NCBI RefSeq assembly: GCF_001194135.2
Contig: NC_068982.1
Location: forward strand, 152,567,560 to 152,604,376
DNA length: 36,817 bases
Source of the DNA: Octopus bimaculoides
Lineage: Eukaryota
Reading direction: 5' to 3'
In this document: positions 1 through 12,024 of the stretch, in pieces
How positions within the stretch are numbered: position 1 is the stretch's first letter
How the letters are laid out: each line of letters begins with the position of its first letter
Made by a program: the position numbers and the translations under genes
The notes under the pieces: model-generated
What the model saw: only the letters and a program-made list of their open reading frames with translations
Told to the model about the DNA's origin: nothing
Database searches by the model: none

Positions 1-44
1 ATATATATATATATATATATACATACATACATACATATATATAT

Positions 45-161
45 CTTTACTCTTTTACTTGTTTTGTCATTCGACTGTGGCCATGCTGGTGCACCGCTTT
101 TAGTCGAGCAAATCGACCCAAGGACTTATTCTTTGTAAGCCTAGTACTTATTCTATCGGTC
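45..161 (-). mobile_element. 3' portion of abundant tRNA-derived (Octopus-type) SINE
   Basis: CTTTACTCTTTTACTTG...TAGTCGAGCAAATCGACCC...GTAAGCCTAGTACTTATTCTATCGGTC matches copies at 29347-29520 and, inverted, 30355-30498. Orientation is taken from the tRNA-like head in the 29347-29880 copy. Confidence 0.85.
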
Positions 162-270
162 AATCTGTTTGTTTTAATAACGTTGTCAGTCTGGATTGAC
201 ATATCACAGATAAGTTTGGCCTGGTTGTTGTCATGCATCATGTTTGGTACAGGCTTATACAGCCACATCT
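162..270 (-). pseudogene. Fragment of RLE-type (R4/Dong-like) non-LTR retrotransposon, start of restriction-like endonuclease region
   Basis: Minus-strand WLYKPVPNMMHDNNQAKLICDMSIQTDNVIKTNR resembles the family motif W..H.P..V.EN...KLLWDF.IQTD..I..NRPD. It ends where the SINE begins. Confidence 0.7.
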
Positions 271-984
271 TTACGTCGAAGTGACTTCATGCTAACCGTT
301 TCGTTGTTATTTTTATACCCTTGGTCAGTATTGATAGAGAAAAACCGTGATCGAAGTTATTCAAACGTTGAGCATCCTGTCTCTTCAGAGTTATAAGATA
401 ATAAATTACCTCATGTATTTTCTATTTTTCAAGTAGGGTATAATTTGAAACAATTTAATTGTAATTCCTTGCTGCTTGAGCGATAACATAGAATCTTTTA
501 AGATTGTTTGTATGGTCCAGTGCATATAAATGCCGATTCGATCATCTCTGAATAAACTAGGACCTAGCAATTTAGGGCAATTGAGGAATCTTTATAGTAA
601 ATTGTCTCATTTTCTCGATCGTAAGCAAATACTTTTCTATAATCAATCAATGTCATACTATGATCTCTTTTTCTATTTTTACTGTTTTCTATACTAATCC
701 CGATCAGTGTTCTGTTCTTTATAACCATACAACCATTTAGCTTTCTCTAAGTAAGTTACCAGTATGTCTACGATATGGATTCAATGTTATATATGTTATT
801 GGCATACAAGTTATAGGCTTGTAGTTTGGGGCGACGCTTTTAGTTTCGGAAATAAATCTTTCTTTCCTTTTACCACAATTTAGTTATTGATTCAGATTAG
901 TTTACAAGTTTATTAAATGCTGCCTACCACCAAATCCGTAGATACTGGTCAGGTACACCAATAAGAAATCAGACAAATTGTAAA

Positions 985-1240
985 TGTTAAATGATTTACA
1001 ATCGTTCACACTTCTTAACAAGTTTGTGAGTCCTTTGTCGGCTATGGTAGGCCATGATTGCGGTGCTATTATAGTTTACATTCCCCTTCCAATCCATTGC
1101 AGTTTTTATTGTTCTAGTTTCTTTTTCCATATTCCGTCCCAGTATGCTTTAAGCTCTGATGATATTTTACCTTGTGGTGTTATGGTTTTTGGTTTGTATC
1201 TTTGTAAAACACATTGCTTTGTTGTGAAAGGAGCGTGTCT
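985..1240 (-). pseudogene. Decayed R4/Dong-like LINE fragment upstream of the RT domain
   Basis: Minus-strand manual translation ...SSELKAYWDGIWKKKLEQ*KLQWIGRGM*TIIAPQSWPTIADKGLTNLLRSVNDCKS resembles the FW..IW...N..A.WI...IT...V...L....NWKAPG segment of R4/Dong ORFs. It has in-frame stops. Confidence 0.55.
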
Positions 1241-1334
1241 CATTCAACATGCTTTTACTGATATGTTATAGTTACCTTTCCTTAAACTTTCAGAGACTTC
1301 TTGAGAGATAATATGCATTTTAATTGTTTAATTG

Positions 1335-1700
1335 TAGGTAGTGGGTAGCGATTTTCCTCACTTCTTCAGGGAGTAACGACCTTGCCTGACACGAGTCCCG
1401 GGCTCGGCTGGCTCCGGTTGGCAGTACCCGGTATGGGCCCCTATCCAGGGTTACGGAAAGGAGACAACCTTCAAAGAAATCCGGAGTGGAGCCCCGTAGG
1501 CGGTTTAGTATTCGACTCTACACTCTTCCGGCAGCTCCTGCAACCAAGATAGTGCCAAACGTAATGCTCTGCACACCTTTGGACTACGTCAGCAAGGTCG
1601 AGAGAGGAATCCTGACGATTAGGCTACCCAGGATTTTCTTACATCTAGCCCAGGCCTGCGCAAAACTGGAGAAGAAACTGGAGAGGACATGAAATATAAA
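1335..1700 (+). mobile_element. GC-rich repeat fragment, probably the 5' UTR of an RTE-like LINE
   Basis: Sharp GC-rich island in AT-rich DNA. GGAGTGGAGCCCC..AGGCGG, CTTCCGGCAGCTCCTGCAACCAAGATAGTGCCAAACGTA and GGCTACCCAGGA resemble RTE-type 5' regions from memory only. Confidence 0.4.
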
Positions 1701-4244
1701 ACTAGACTGGATTAGTTTTTGCGCAACTCCATTGTCTCCCGAGACAAAAGGATGCCAACAACAACAACAACAACAACAATTGTTTACTTTTTCATGCTGC
1801 TGTTCTCTTTTTTTTTCACTTAACAATATATTGTTCTCCATTTATAAGTTTATCTGAAATGGGTTTGAGTGTTAAAATGAATCTAAGTTCTCAACTTAGC
1901 GTCTATAATTGATATATTAGATTAATTAACCAGTTGGTAATCAAGTGATTTGCTTTCTTACAGGGTACCACGACTTTCATTCTTTTGTGGAAGGGCTTGT
2001 TGATGGAGGAGCTTAACTGATGTCATCCGTTCTGTCATGGTGTCTTCTATTTCTTTTATTGCTTCTTTGATGTCCTCCGGAATGTTGACTTTGTGTGTTG
2101 TGTGTTTTTATTGTTTGTTGTTAAGTGTTGAATTGAGAGTATATTTTTGTTATGGTTGTGCGCTTGGTGGGCTATTTCTATGGAATTCTGATATGATAGA
2201 AAATTTTTAATTTAATTTTTTTTTCTTCTGTATTAGTTTTGATATGCTGAAATACGCTTCTATTTTTGCTTAGCTTTTATGTAAAACGGCTGCACTAAAG
2301 TCGGAGAATATTCAGACTTAAGAAATCACCGTTTAATTGACATCGTTTCCAAAAATTTTGGAACCAGTAATAATTTAGCAAATCATTTAGCCCTCAGTTA
2401 TGTTATCTTTTACCATTAAAAGACTCCCGCATATACTCCAAGTTATTTATAAATCAAAAATTTGTAAATTGTATGTGAGAAAATAAGTGTCTAGAACTCG
2501 GTACCTTTAGATTCCTCCAAACCATTATAAGCATTTGAACCTTAGACAGTGCAATAGTTAGACCACACCTCTTTACGTTTTACATAAAGGATATGCAATG
2601 CAGTATGAAATTTAGTTGTTCTCATCTTAGCTGGCGATACAGCTGCACAACTCAATGAAAGTGAAGTTCATATAATTTTGAAAAAAACAAAAAAAAACCC
2701 AAAAACCAACTCCAGCAAAACTGAACAGTGAATTAATCAATACATCAGATCTGTTTAAAGCAAGCAAACTAGTCTTAAACACCATAGAAAACAAACATTG
2801 TTGACTTGATTCAAGTTGCAGAACTATTGACACTACTGCTTATATACTTATATATANNNNNNNNNNNNNNNNNNNNNNNNNNNNNNNNNNNNNNNNNNNN
2901 NNNNNNNNNNNNNNNNNNNNNNNNNNNNNNNNNNNNNNNNNNNNNNNNNNNNNNNNNNNNNNNNNNNNNNNNNNNNNNNNNNNNNNNNNNNNNNNNNNNN
3001 NNNNNNNNNNNNNNNNNNNNNNNNNNNNNNNNNNNNNNNNNNNNNNNNNNNNNNNNNNNNNNNNNNNNNNNNNNNNNNNNNNNNNNNNNNNNNNNNNNNN
3101 NNNNNNNNNNNNNNNNNNNNNNNNNNNNNNNNNNNNNNNNNNNNNNNNNNNNNNNNNNNNNNNNNNNNNNNNNNNNNNNNNNNNNNNNNNNNNNNNNNNN
3201 NNNNNNNNNNNNNNNNNNNNNNNNNNNNNNNNNNNNNNNNNNNNNNNNNNNNNNNNNNNNNNNNNNNNNNNNNNNNNNNNNNNNNNNNNNNNNNNNNNNN
3301 NNNNNNNNNNNNNNNNNNNNNNNNNNNNNNNNNNNNNNNNNNNNNNNNNNNNNNNNNNNNNNNNNNNNNNNNNNNNNNNNNNNNNNNNNNNNNNNNNNNN
3401 NNNNNNNNNNNNNNNNNNNNNNNNNNNNNTATATATATATATATATATATATATGTACTTGCTTAATTGAAATACTGGTAATATTGATTCTACTTCGCAC
3501 ATAATGAATTTTGGCAATACAAGCATAGAACACATTGGATAAGGTAATACAACATCGGATCATTTGCATTCGTACAAATAAGTGATAATAATAAGGGGAG
3601 TGAACAATATTAATTTAATCAGCAATAAAAATTTCATGTTGATAACTTCGAAATAAAAGTTAAATTTCTGTAGTTTTCCTGTTTGTCTTCCCATGTACAT
3701 TATAGTTGTGTTTGCTGCTGTTGTGTAACCTCAGGTACACAACTTTACAGTATATTACCTCTTCGTCAGAGAAGATATCCTAACTTAATTTATGTCCGCT
3801 TTATATAGCAGATGATCTTGCTGTTGATTGGGGAAACAGGTACGTTGTCTCTGTGGATTGGTTAATAAGCCGTGCGATGATCCGTTAGAAGAGACGCTAC
3901 CTCCTTTGTGCGTATATCAATTGTATCAAAGTAACGTGTTTACAACCACATTACACTGTGGCTCATGCATAGTTAGGTTTTGTAATATTTAAAATAATAT
4001 ATCCATCTCGAGACATAGGCTTCATGCAACTATCGTGTTACAAATGTAACTACTCTGTGTATTAGTTTGTTTATATTCACGTGTGTTTGTTTTTATTGTT
4101 TACACCACATGAATCTATTGTTTGGTCTCCGCTGTTCTTGTTACTTTGTTTTATTACCTACTAAATGACAACAATTCAAAAGTTACCAACAACTAACGTT
4201 GAACGACACCATTTGAAGAGTTATATAACATTTAGCATAGAACA

Positions 4245-4465
4245 TATGCAACTACATCTGATCAATGCCAAGCTCCTTAAGTAGAAAGTACATAAAAAAT
4301 AGATAGTTTATAAAGTGCAATTATCAAGATAGAGGCGGATCTGAAAAAATACAACAGTGTATGCAGTTGAATCTTCAAAGTTCAATACAAAAAACATACG
4401 TTCTCTTTCGGAATATGAACAGAAGAAATTCAACATCTTTGAAAAAGCTCAAGCATAAAAGAGAC
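4245..4465 (+). pseudogene. Decayed GIY-YIG endonuclease region of a Penelope-like element
   Basis: With frameshifts it reads CN(Y)..DQC....IVYK..II....KKYNSVCS*IFKVQYKKHTFSF(R)NMNRRNSTSL. This parallels the Penelope-type CNCR...CP..G.C....IVY.A...YIG....FK.RY..H..SF....NSTEL. Confidence 0.5.
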
Positions 4466-4512
4466 TATGCACGTCCTGGTTCTGAGATATACGCTGTATG
4501 TACGTACAATAC

Positions 4513-4592
4513 AATCCTATAATATATGCCCTTGCTAAACAGGAAAAATTTATAATCCTATAACATATACCTTTGCTAAACGGAAGAAATTT
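4513..4592. repeat. 41-bp tandem duplication
   Basis: AATCCTATAATATATGCCCTTGCTAAACAGGAAAAATTT at 4513 and AATCCTATAACATATACCTTTGCTAAACGGAAGAAATTT at 4554. Confidence 0.85.
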
Positions 4593-5607
4593 GATCACAC
4601 CATGTTACTGACATCGAAAACGTTCTAAAAATGTTCACAATTGTAAACAACTTAGACACCGACAGAATAACAATAATATTGTCAGCGAAAACATGGAGTT
4701 GTCACGTCAATTGGATGGTAGAAAGGTCAAGTTTAGCATTATACATACATGTGTACATATACATGCAAGCATTACTAGAGGGCTCCCTCTTATTCTCAAT
4801 CACATAATTCAAACCATGAACACGAAGCGCTATACGCATGTATGCATATAAATACTCGTATATATATAAAAAGAAATTTTATTCTTTACTAACAAAATCA
4901 CTTAACCATAAAACACTAATTTGCTAATTTGATAAAAAAAAAAAAACAGGATATTATGACTCTGATCAACGGACAGGAAAGCAAGCATTTTTAAAAGAAT
5001 CATACAGCGTCTTACACATAGAGAATTTGAAGGACAAGAAATGTATTCAATGAATTATGAATTAAAACCATTTCTAATAACAAAATGAAAAATATTTTCA
5101 TAAAAACGTGATTGTTGTGCATTTGAAAATCATGACTCGTTCAAGAAAATACTCCTTAAAACAGCAAATTGTCTTTGGTACATAAGTTTATATAAAGAAA
5201 ACTATAAAAGACTTGTAGTAAAACAACACTAATAGCCAACCTATGAAATAGCTGTATTATTTTATTTAAATTCAATTATTTATATTCTTTAATCAATATT
5301 CTTTTCTCCAATGTTGCAATATTAATTTTCGTTTTTTCTTTCACTTTATTATCTAAAAAAAGAAAAAGAAATTACCTATTTTCTTCCAAATTATATTAAT
5401 CTTAACCTTTAAGACCAATTTCTTTTAGTCTCTGGACTTCCAGTAGGTTTTTTATTTTAAAATCTTAACGAATGTTCTGCGAGACAATATGCCCAGAACA
5501 TTTCTTTTTCACTGTCTAATAACCATTGTCTACTGTCTATGATTTTTACTTCATTATATCTGACAATCAATCAGTCTCTGTCTCTGCTTCTGTATGTATC
5601 TCTGAAT

Positions 5608-5709
<102 letters not shown>

Positions 5710-5935
5710 ATATCTTATAACTTTTGAAACTCTGTGTTACATGATATATTTTAAGAGTTGGAGGAAGCATGCGAGTGTTAATGTGCTTTATGCTGATGAG
5801 CAAAGAAAGAAGTTAAAGTGGCTCGAGAAGTACTGAAATTGAGAAGCAATGGTAAGGGAGACAACCAGTAGGAGTGGATAGTTCAGACACCTTCACGCAG
5901 ATGCACTTCTCCAAATAAGATAAATCCATACACGT

Positions 5936-6040
5936 ATGTATACATAGATGCATACATATATATGTATACATAGATGCATACATATATATGTATACATAGA
6001 TGCATACATATATATGTATACATAGATGCATACATACATG
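5936..6040. repeat. 26-bp minisatellite, about 4 units
   Basis: TATGTATACATAGATGCATACATATA repeated in tandem. Confidence 0.9.
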
Positions 6041-6315
6041 CATACATGTATACAAATTCCTATCCCAACTTGCGTTTTCGAAATTAGTGATGAATCTATT
6101 TATACGTTGAACTCATTCAGTCAACAAGTATATCAGAAATGAACCCAAGAGACTCAACCAGAAAACTCAGGCAACGACAAAGTCTAAGATATAATGCATT
6201 GTAATTCTAAGACGCGTAGAAATGAATAGGTTCTATATGAATTGGTACACGAATTTTCAAATTAAAACTGGCGAGCAAGAAGCATGTGCCAGTGAAAAGG
6301 AAGAAATTTTATTAC

Positions 6316-6602
6316 TGTTGTGTCGACATCCCCAGGCGAAGAAGTAGGATCTCCCAAGACATATGAATAGAGGTAGTCTATCTGTGGTAGAGTGTTGAGA
6401 AGCAGTTGAGTAGCAGTCGAGTAGCAGTTGTGTAGCGATTTAGTAGAAGTCATCCGAAGGTGCTAGATAGCAGTAGCTTGAGACATAACAGTGGCGACGA
6501 GAATTTCGTAGCTCACACAGCCACTGTGTAGTATTGCGATATAACAGTGGCGACGAGGATTTCGTAGCTCACACAGCCACTGGTAATATTTGAGACATAA
6601 CA
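6316..6602 (+). mobile_element. Miniature LTR-retrotransposon-derived element (Gypsy/Mag-like LTR plus duplicated PBS) with 5-bp TSD
   Basis: Starts TGTTGTGTC (6316). The LTR end GACATAACA (6490) is a near-perfect inverted terminus. It is followed by G+TGGCGACGAG (6492) and again TGGCGACGAGGAT (6548-6560), and ends TTGAGACATAACA (6602). ATTAC flanks both sides (6311-6315, 6603-6607). Confidence 0.8.
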
Positions 6603-8395
6603 ATTACATTGCAGCTTCTCGAAGAATTCATCAATGGATAGTTACTCTTTGTTAATATACAGAACTGTTCGCCATGCCATTCGGAGAAACGTACTGGGTT
6701 CTCACGTGACAAATTATGCAATTGAAACTTAATTCTGAAATAAAGATCGAAAATTGATACTGTTAAGCTACTGGATAATTTTCAAAAACTGACTTTTTAA
6801 CCATAAAAGTTCTAATAATTATTTTATAGTATAACCCAACGTAAAACTTCTTATGAAATGATTCTATTTGGATTTGTTTTTTTAATAACTGGTCGTGTAG
6901 TCATAGAGTGACTCTTACATTGGCTGTCCGTATTTCAAGACTATTGTTTTAAATCTTATGAGTGATAATACGAGTAGACAAGGGTACGTCGTAGCGGTAG
7001 GAGTAATCCAGAATTCTTTTTGAGCATAACAATACTGAAAATAACAGAACTGTGTATTCCCTGCAAGAGAATAAGATAAATTGACAAGTCTGTTTACTTC
7101 CTAGAGGGACAGAATATTATAACTAGTTTCTATTTATATTTATTTATCGAAAGGAAAGATTGCTGTGGCTCAATTTCTCTTAGACTGAAATTGATATAAA
7201 CAAAACAACATAATTATATAGAAAACGTTTATGGCTTGTCGGTAATCTGAATAGCGTGGTATTATATATGTGATTTAGTTTACTAAAGTTAGTATAGAGA
7301 ATGTGAATAAATAATTATGGGATATTTCGAAATCATTACTTTGCTCAGCAAAACACATGAAGCAGCCACTAGGTAGTTTTTAGACCAGCTAGTCTAAAGT
7401 AAAGTTTCCCTCAAATTACACCAATAGAAGACAATTGGTAAATGAAGTCTCTGAAATACAAAAGGTTTGAATGTTCATGACTAGAAAGACTTTGGGTTTG
7501 CGTTAAACAATATCAGCTACAACAAGCAATCAATGAGATGATGCAAACTAATGAGCAGAAATTCAAATCTGTCAGCAGGATATAAACTGTAAGATAGTAA
7601 ATGAAACGGGAATATGCCGATGAATAAATTAAATCTTCATGGAAGAAAAGAAATATGACAAGAATATATTTTTTAAATGAAATGTTTATGCAGGAGACGA
7701 TATATAATAAGCCACAAAGCGACTAAACTGAACAAAAAATGGTAAATGCAAACAACTCTGTTGAAAACTGAACATGTTGCTGCATGAAATAAGCTCGAAT
7801 AAAGCTTAAATAATGTAAAAATAAATCTTTACTTGACAAAGCTTCAACACGAGGGCTGAGAAAACGTTATCATGAATATTTACCGACAAATGTTATCGTC
7901 CATGTTACCAGAACATGGACGAAGATGCTGAGATGACGTAAGGGTGAGTAGAGTCGCATAGATTTGTGCAATGAGTTTATCACATTTTTCTTATGTTTAA
8001 TATTTAATGGGACACATTGTGTAACTCAGTAACAACATATTTTCAGATCAATATCTCTAGCGAGAAAAGAATGAATATATCAAATGAATGACTTAAAAGT
8101 ATAGGACAGAAAAAGTATCAAGGATGCTGTTGAGAAGAATGAAGGCAATCAATAAGATTAAGATTACTGTATTTGGTATTTGCAAACAAGAAAGCCTTAG
8201 GTATTAAATATTTTGGCAAATAAACATAAGCGTGGAAGTATTTTCTTCCTAGGAAAGACGCCGGCGTACAAGATTCTGTCACACAGGTGTACGAGAAGAG
8301 CCGGGTAACATTTCTATGTCTTGTCAATGTAACGGAAGCTTTCCCGGTCTTATCTATGTAGCAGGCACACGTTAAATGAAATCACTGTCACGTCT

Positions 8396-8643
8396 CTTGT
8401 TAAGGCTATCTCTACAGATATTTTATAGAAATTATATTCAGCACTGGTTTTGTTACGACGTTTCGTATGCGAGACGCCTGATGTAAAAATGGGTAATGGG
8501 CATATATGCTATATTTCGGGAGATTTTTGCCCCTTCATCAGCACCCTTCCAACTTATTAATCATCTAGAAGCACATTGCTTAGATAGCCATAGTGTGCTG
8601 ACTGTCATTTCTATAGAAAATCTGTAGAGATAACCTTAACAAG
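8396..8643. repeat. Inverted repeat (about 49-bp arms) enclosing a hammerhead-like motif
   Basis: 8396-8444 is the reverse complement of 8595-8643 with a few mismatches. Confidence 0.8.
8510..8541 (-). ncRNA. Minimal hammerhead-like motif (Penelope-type variant)
   Basis: Minus strand reads CUGAUGA-A-GGGG-CAAAAAUC-UCCC-GAA-AUAU-A: intact core, 4-bp helix II, palindromic helix III and an AUA triplet. Helix I pairs only out of register. Confidence 0.45.
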
Positions 8644-11015
8644 TGATATAATAGCACCTCCAGCATAGTAGAACACAATATTGGCTTATAAAAACGTTTA
8701 ATATACGTTTCAGTATATTATGGATGCATAAACAAATGCAGTGTCCCAATAGATCATAAATGTCACGTCTCCATGACTAGGACTTATCTAAGAACCCAAA
8801 GAACTCTGTTAGTCAAATACAGCTGGCAGAGACCAAGAGAATCACAACAGCAACACATAACCGATCAGGATAAGTTCCCTCAAAGAAGTAATCTTCCGTA
8901 CACTTACAAATAGGGGCACCAGACAAAGTGAAGGTGATCAGACGACGCTTTTAAATAAAAAGAAGAAAATACAAAAGAAAACAATCGAAAAACGCACTAA
9001 AATGTATGAGGGGCGTGCAACTACCATTAAGAGAAAACGCTTTTCATTGAAGAAGAAACCACCTTCTATGAAAGGATACCCCTCTTCTTTGAAGATGTAC
9101 CAGCCTCCTCCTCGAATGAAATACAATTTATAGCACTTCGTAAATTTAACAAAGACTTAATGAAACACCTATATGAAATATACCAGCACTTTCTAGATGA
9201 AGTTTTATACGCCACCGTTCCACAAGATCATCACTCGCACACTGTAATCCAAGAGCTCCACACGAAAGATTCCAGATTATTACGTTACGAACAATGCGGA
9301 GAGGAAATAGAAAATTTGCTTAATCAGGAATATGATGTCTTGATTAATGCAGTTTCCCACCTATGAGTTGGTGGTATCCTTTTAAAAATTATATCTTATA
9401 GTTTGTATTTTACTAAACCTTAATATTTCGTTTTTTATATGACATGTCTGTTCCATCCAACATATATTTACAAGCTTTGCTACTTAATGTACATTGTGTT
9501 TTATCATAACTTTTGAACCCTTGTGGCTTATAAAGAAAATTAATCGCGCTAACCGACGAAAGCAAGTCACAAGCAAAGAAGATAGTAGAAAAACGGTAGA
9601 AGAGCAGAGTAATCCTTGTCTAAATCGTTTCTTCAAGGAATCCGAAAATAAAAATGATATATAAATAAACATGAAGAACAGGTTGGTGGTGAGAGTGTCT
9701 TAGACCCAAACTGAAAAGTATCTTAAGCCAATGTAGGCCTTCAAAACTTTTGTAGTGATAAATAAAAATGTTAGATATGATAGAAGAAAAGCTTCGGTCC
9801 TAAATAGAAGTTAAAAAAACATTCCATAAACGTGAAGCAGTTTACTCATACCAACTTACATCAGCTGGTGGGTGGCAAAATATGTTCTATCCTAAAAGAA
9901 TAAAAAACAAAAAAGAACAAAACAAAACAAAAAAAAACTCATGCCTACATATAAGCACACGACAGAATTATTTTGAAATGTGATTAGGAAATGTGATTAA
10001 AGTTAAGATCCATAAGCTTTACTGTGTGGACTTTCGATCTTTTAACCCTATTTGAAATTTATTGCTGTTCAATACTATCTCTTGGTTTAATCTTTATATC
10101 TACAACTGTCTGTTCCTGTTTCCTATTGAATTCACTCATATTATGTTTTCTTAAGCTATTTGTTTACTTTGACTATTTTACTCCTTCTCTTTATCCCTTC
10201 TTAGTTTTTGTTAACATTAAGGATGGTCAATTCCCTGAAATTATATCCAACACTTAAATTGAAATGATACAACATTCCTTTATTTTTACTAACCACACCA
10301 AGCTAATTTTAACGGTCTTCTATACATTATCTATATGAGAAGAAACTTTTTATGTGTACTTAGAGATGAATCATTATGGTAACCATAATGTTCTAGTCAT
10401 CTGATGAGTTTCTTTAACTGCATTGATCTGTGAAAGTTGTATTGTGTAATGCGTAGCATGTATATTAGTGCAGGCATGTAAACATAATTTATTATACATT
10501 GAAATTGTTATTACGCCTACGAAACGGCCGTAATCCTAAGTGTGACAAGTGTTTAAATAAATATATTAACATCCCTTACCACCTGACATTTTATGGTCTT
10601 ATATATATATATATATATATATNNNNNNNNNNNNNNNNNNNNNNNNNNNNNNNNNNNNNNNNNNNNNNNNNNNNNNNNNNNNNNNNNNNNNNNNNNNNNN
10701 NNNNNNNNNNNNNNNNNNNNNNNNNNNNNNNNNNNNNNNNNNNNNNNNNNNNNNNNNNNNNNNNNNNNNNNNNNNNNNNNNNNNNNNNNNNNNNNNNNNN
10801 NNNNNNNNNNNNNNNNNNNNNNNNNNNNNNNNNNNNNNNNNNNNNNNNNNNNNNNNNNNNNNNNNNNNNNNNNNNNNNNNNNNNNNNNNNNNNNNNNNNN
10901 NNNNNNNNNNNNNNNNNNNNNNNNNNNNNNNNNNNNNNNNNNNNNNNNNNNNNNNNNNNNNNNNNNNNNNNNNNNNNNNNNNATATATATATATATATAT
11001 ATATACACATAAGGT

Positions 11016-11650
11016 CGATGAGGTCCTGGATCTTATGAACCTTCCAGTTGAGAGAACAAGGTGTCATCAATCTTCTTTTTTCTCCTTTCTACGGTCACAC
11101 CTCGGATACTGCTGCCCATGTGGTCTCCCGATACAAAACAAAACATTTCGAAAATTGAATCAGCCCAGAGCACATTCATTAAAAAAATTAAGGGCGTGAC
11201 TGAACTGAATTATTGGGACCGTCTGAAAGTATTGGAACGCTATTCACTCCAGCGCCGCCGTGAGCGGTACAGCATTTGCACGATGTGGAGAATATACTAC
11301 CAGCATTGCTCAAACGACCTCAAAATTAGCTTCGAAATTCATCCAAGACTAGGACCACGGGACATACGTTCCCTACTCAATTCAGGATCACAACACATAA
11401 ATACACTGCAACACAATTTCTTTTCCTCAACAGGCCCTGCCCTATTTAACAATGTCTCGAAACAGACCAAAGAGGAAAAGGATGCCGTCACCTTTAAACG
11501 GAATCTGGATGTATTTCTTCAAGGAATACCAGCTAAGCCACCTATACCTGGATTGAACTCACTCAACAAGAACTACTCGAATGGACCATGATACCTCAAA
11601 AACTTGACTTAAAAAGGATTTAACAAATCCTAACAGGTGGTGCTATTAAG
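11016..11650 (+). mobile_element. 3' end of a CR1/L2-group LINE (RT C-terminal region), frameshifted
   Basis: ORF 11061-11591: WSP..KQNISKIESAQSTFIKKIKGVTELNYWDRLKVLERYSLQRRRERY...FFSSTGPALFN...FKRNLDVFLQGIP. The upstream RSWIL*TF...RSHLGYCCP lies in shifted frames. The 5' side abuts an N-gap. Confidence 0.9.
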
Positions 11651-11961
11651 TTATATATGTATAAATCATTAGGTCGTGCTATCAAAGTTTTATATACATA
11701 TATACATACATACATATATATGAATATGTACATGCATGTTTATGTGTATATGTATACATATATGTATGTGTACGTGTATACACATATGTATATATAGACG
11801 CATACATATATATGAATATGTACATGCATGTTTATGTGTATATGTATACATATATGTATGTGTACGNNNNNNNNNNNNNNNNATACGTACATACACACAC
11901 ATACGCACACATACATATATGATTCGACTTCGAAGAGACAGGCATTGGTTTGCACGTATAC

Positions 11962-12024
<63 letters not shown>

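Noticed and set aside
297-328. Hammerhead-like CUGACCAAG..CGAAACG on the minus strand
   Set aside because: G8 is lost and helix II does not pair; it cannot be distinguished from chance.
1335-1400. HDV-like ribozyme at the putative RTE 5' end (UCCUCAC loop, GG, CGAC, AGGUAG/UUGCCU)
   Set aside because: Spacing does not fit: only 7 nt for P3'+P1', and the P2 candidate is not adjacent to P3. No complete double pseudoknot can be built.
3720-3769. CUGACGA-A-GAG..CUGUAAAG followed by a GUUGUGUA..UACACAAC hairpin (minus strand)
   Set aside because: Possibly a dead relative of the 26.2-kb motif, but GAAAC and helix I are not intact.
6478-6602. 56-bp periodic repeats as a CRISPR array
   Set aside because: The 'spacers' are themselves duplicated, the context is eukaryotic and no cas genes are present. 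It is explained by LTR-end/PBS duplication.
11690-11882. About 90-bp duplication beside a 16-N gap
   Set aside because: Low-complexity sequence next to a gap; likely satellite or mis-assembly.
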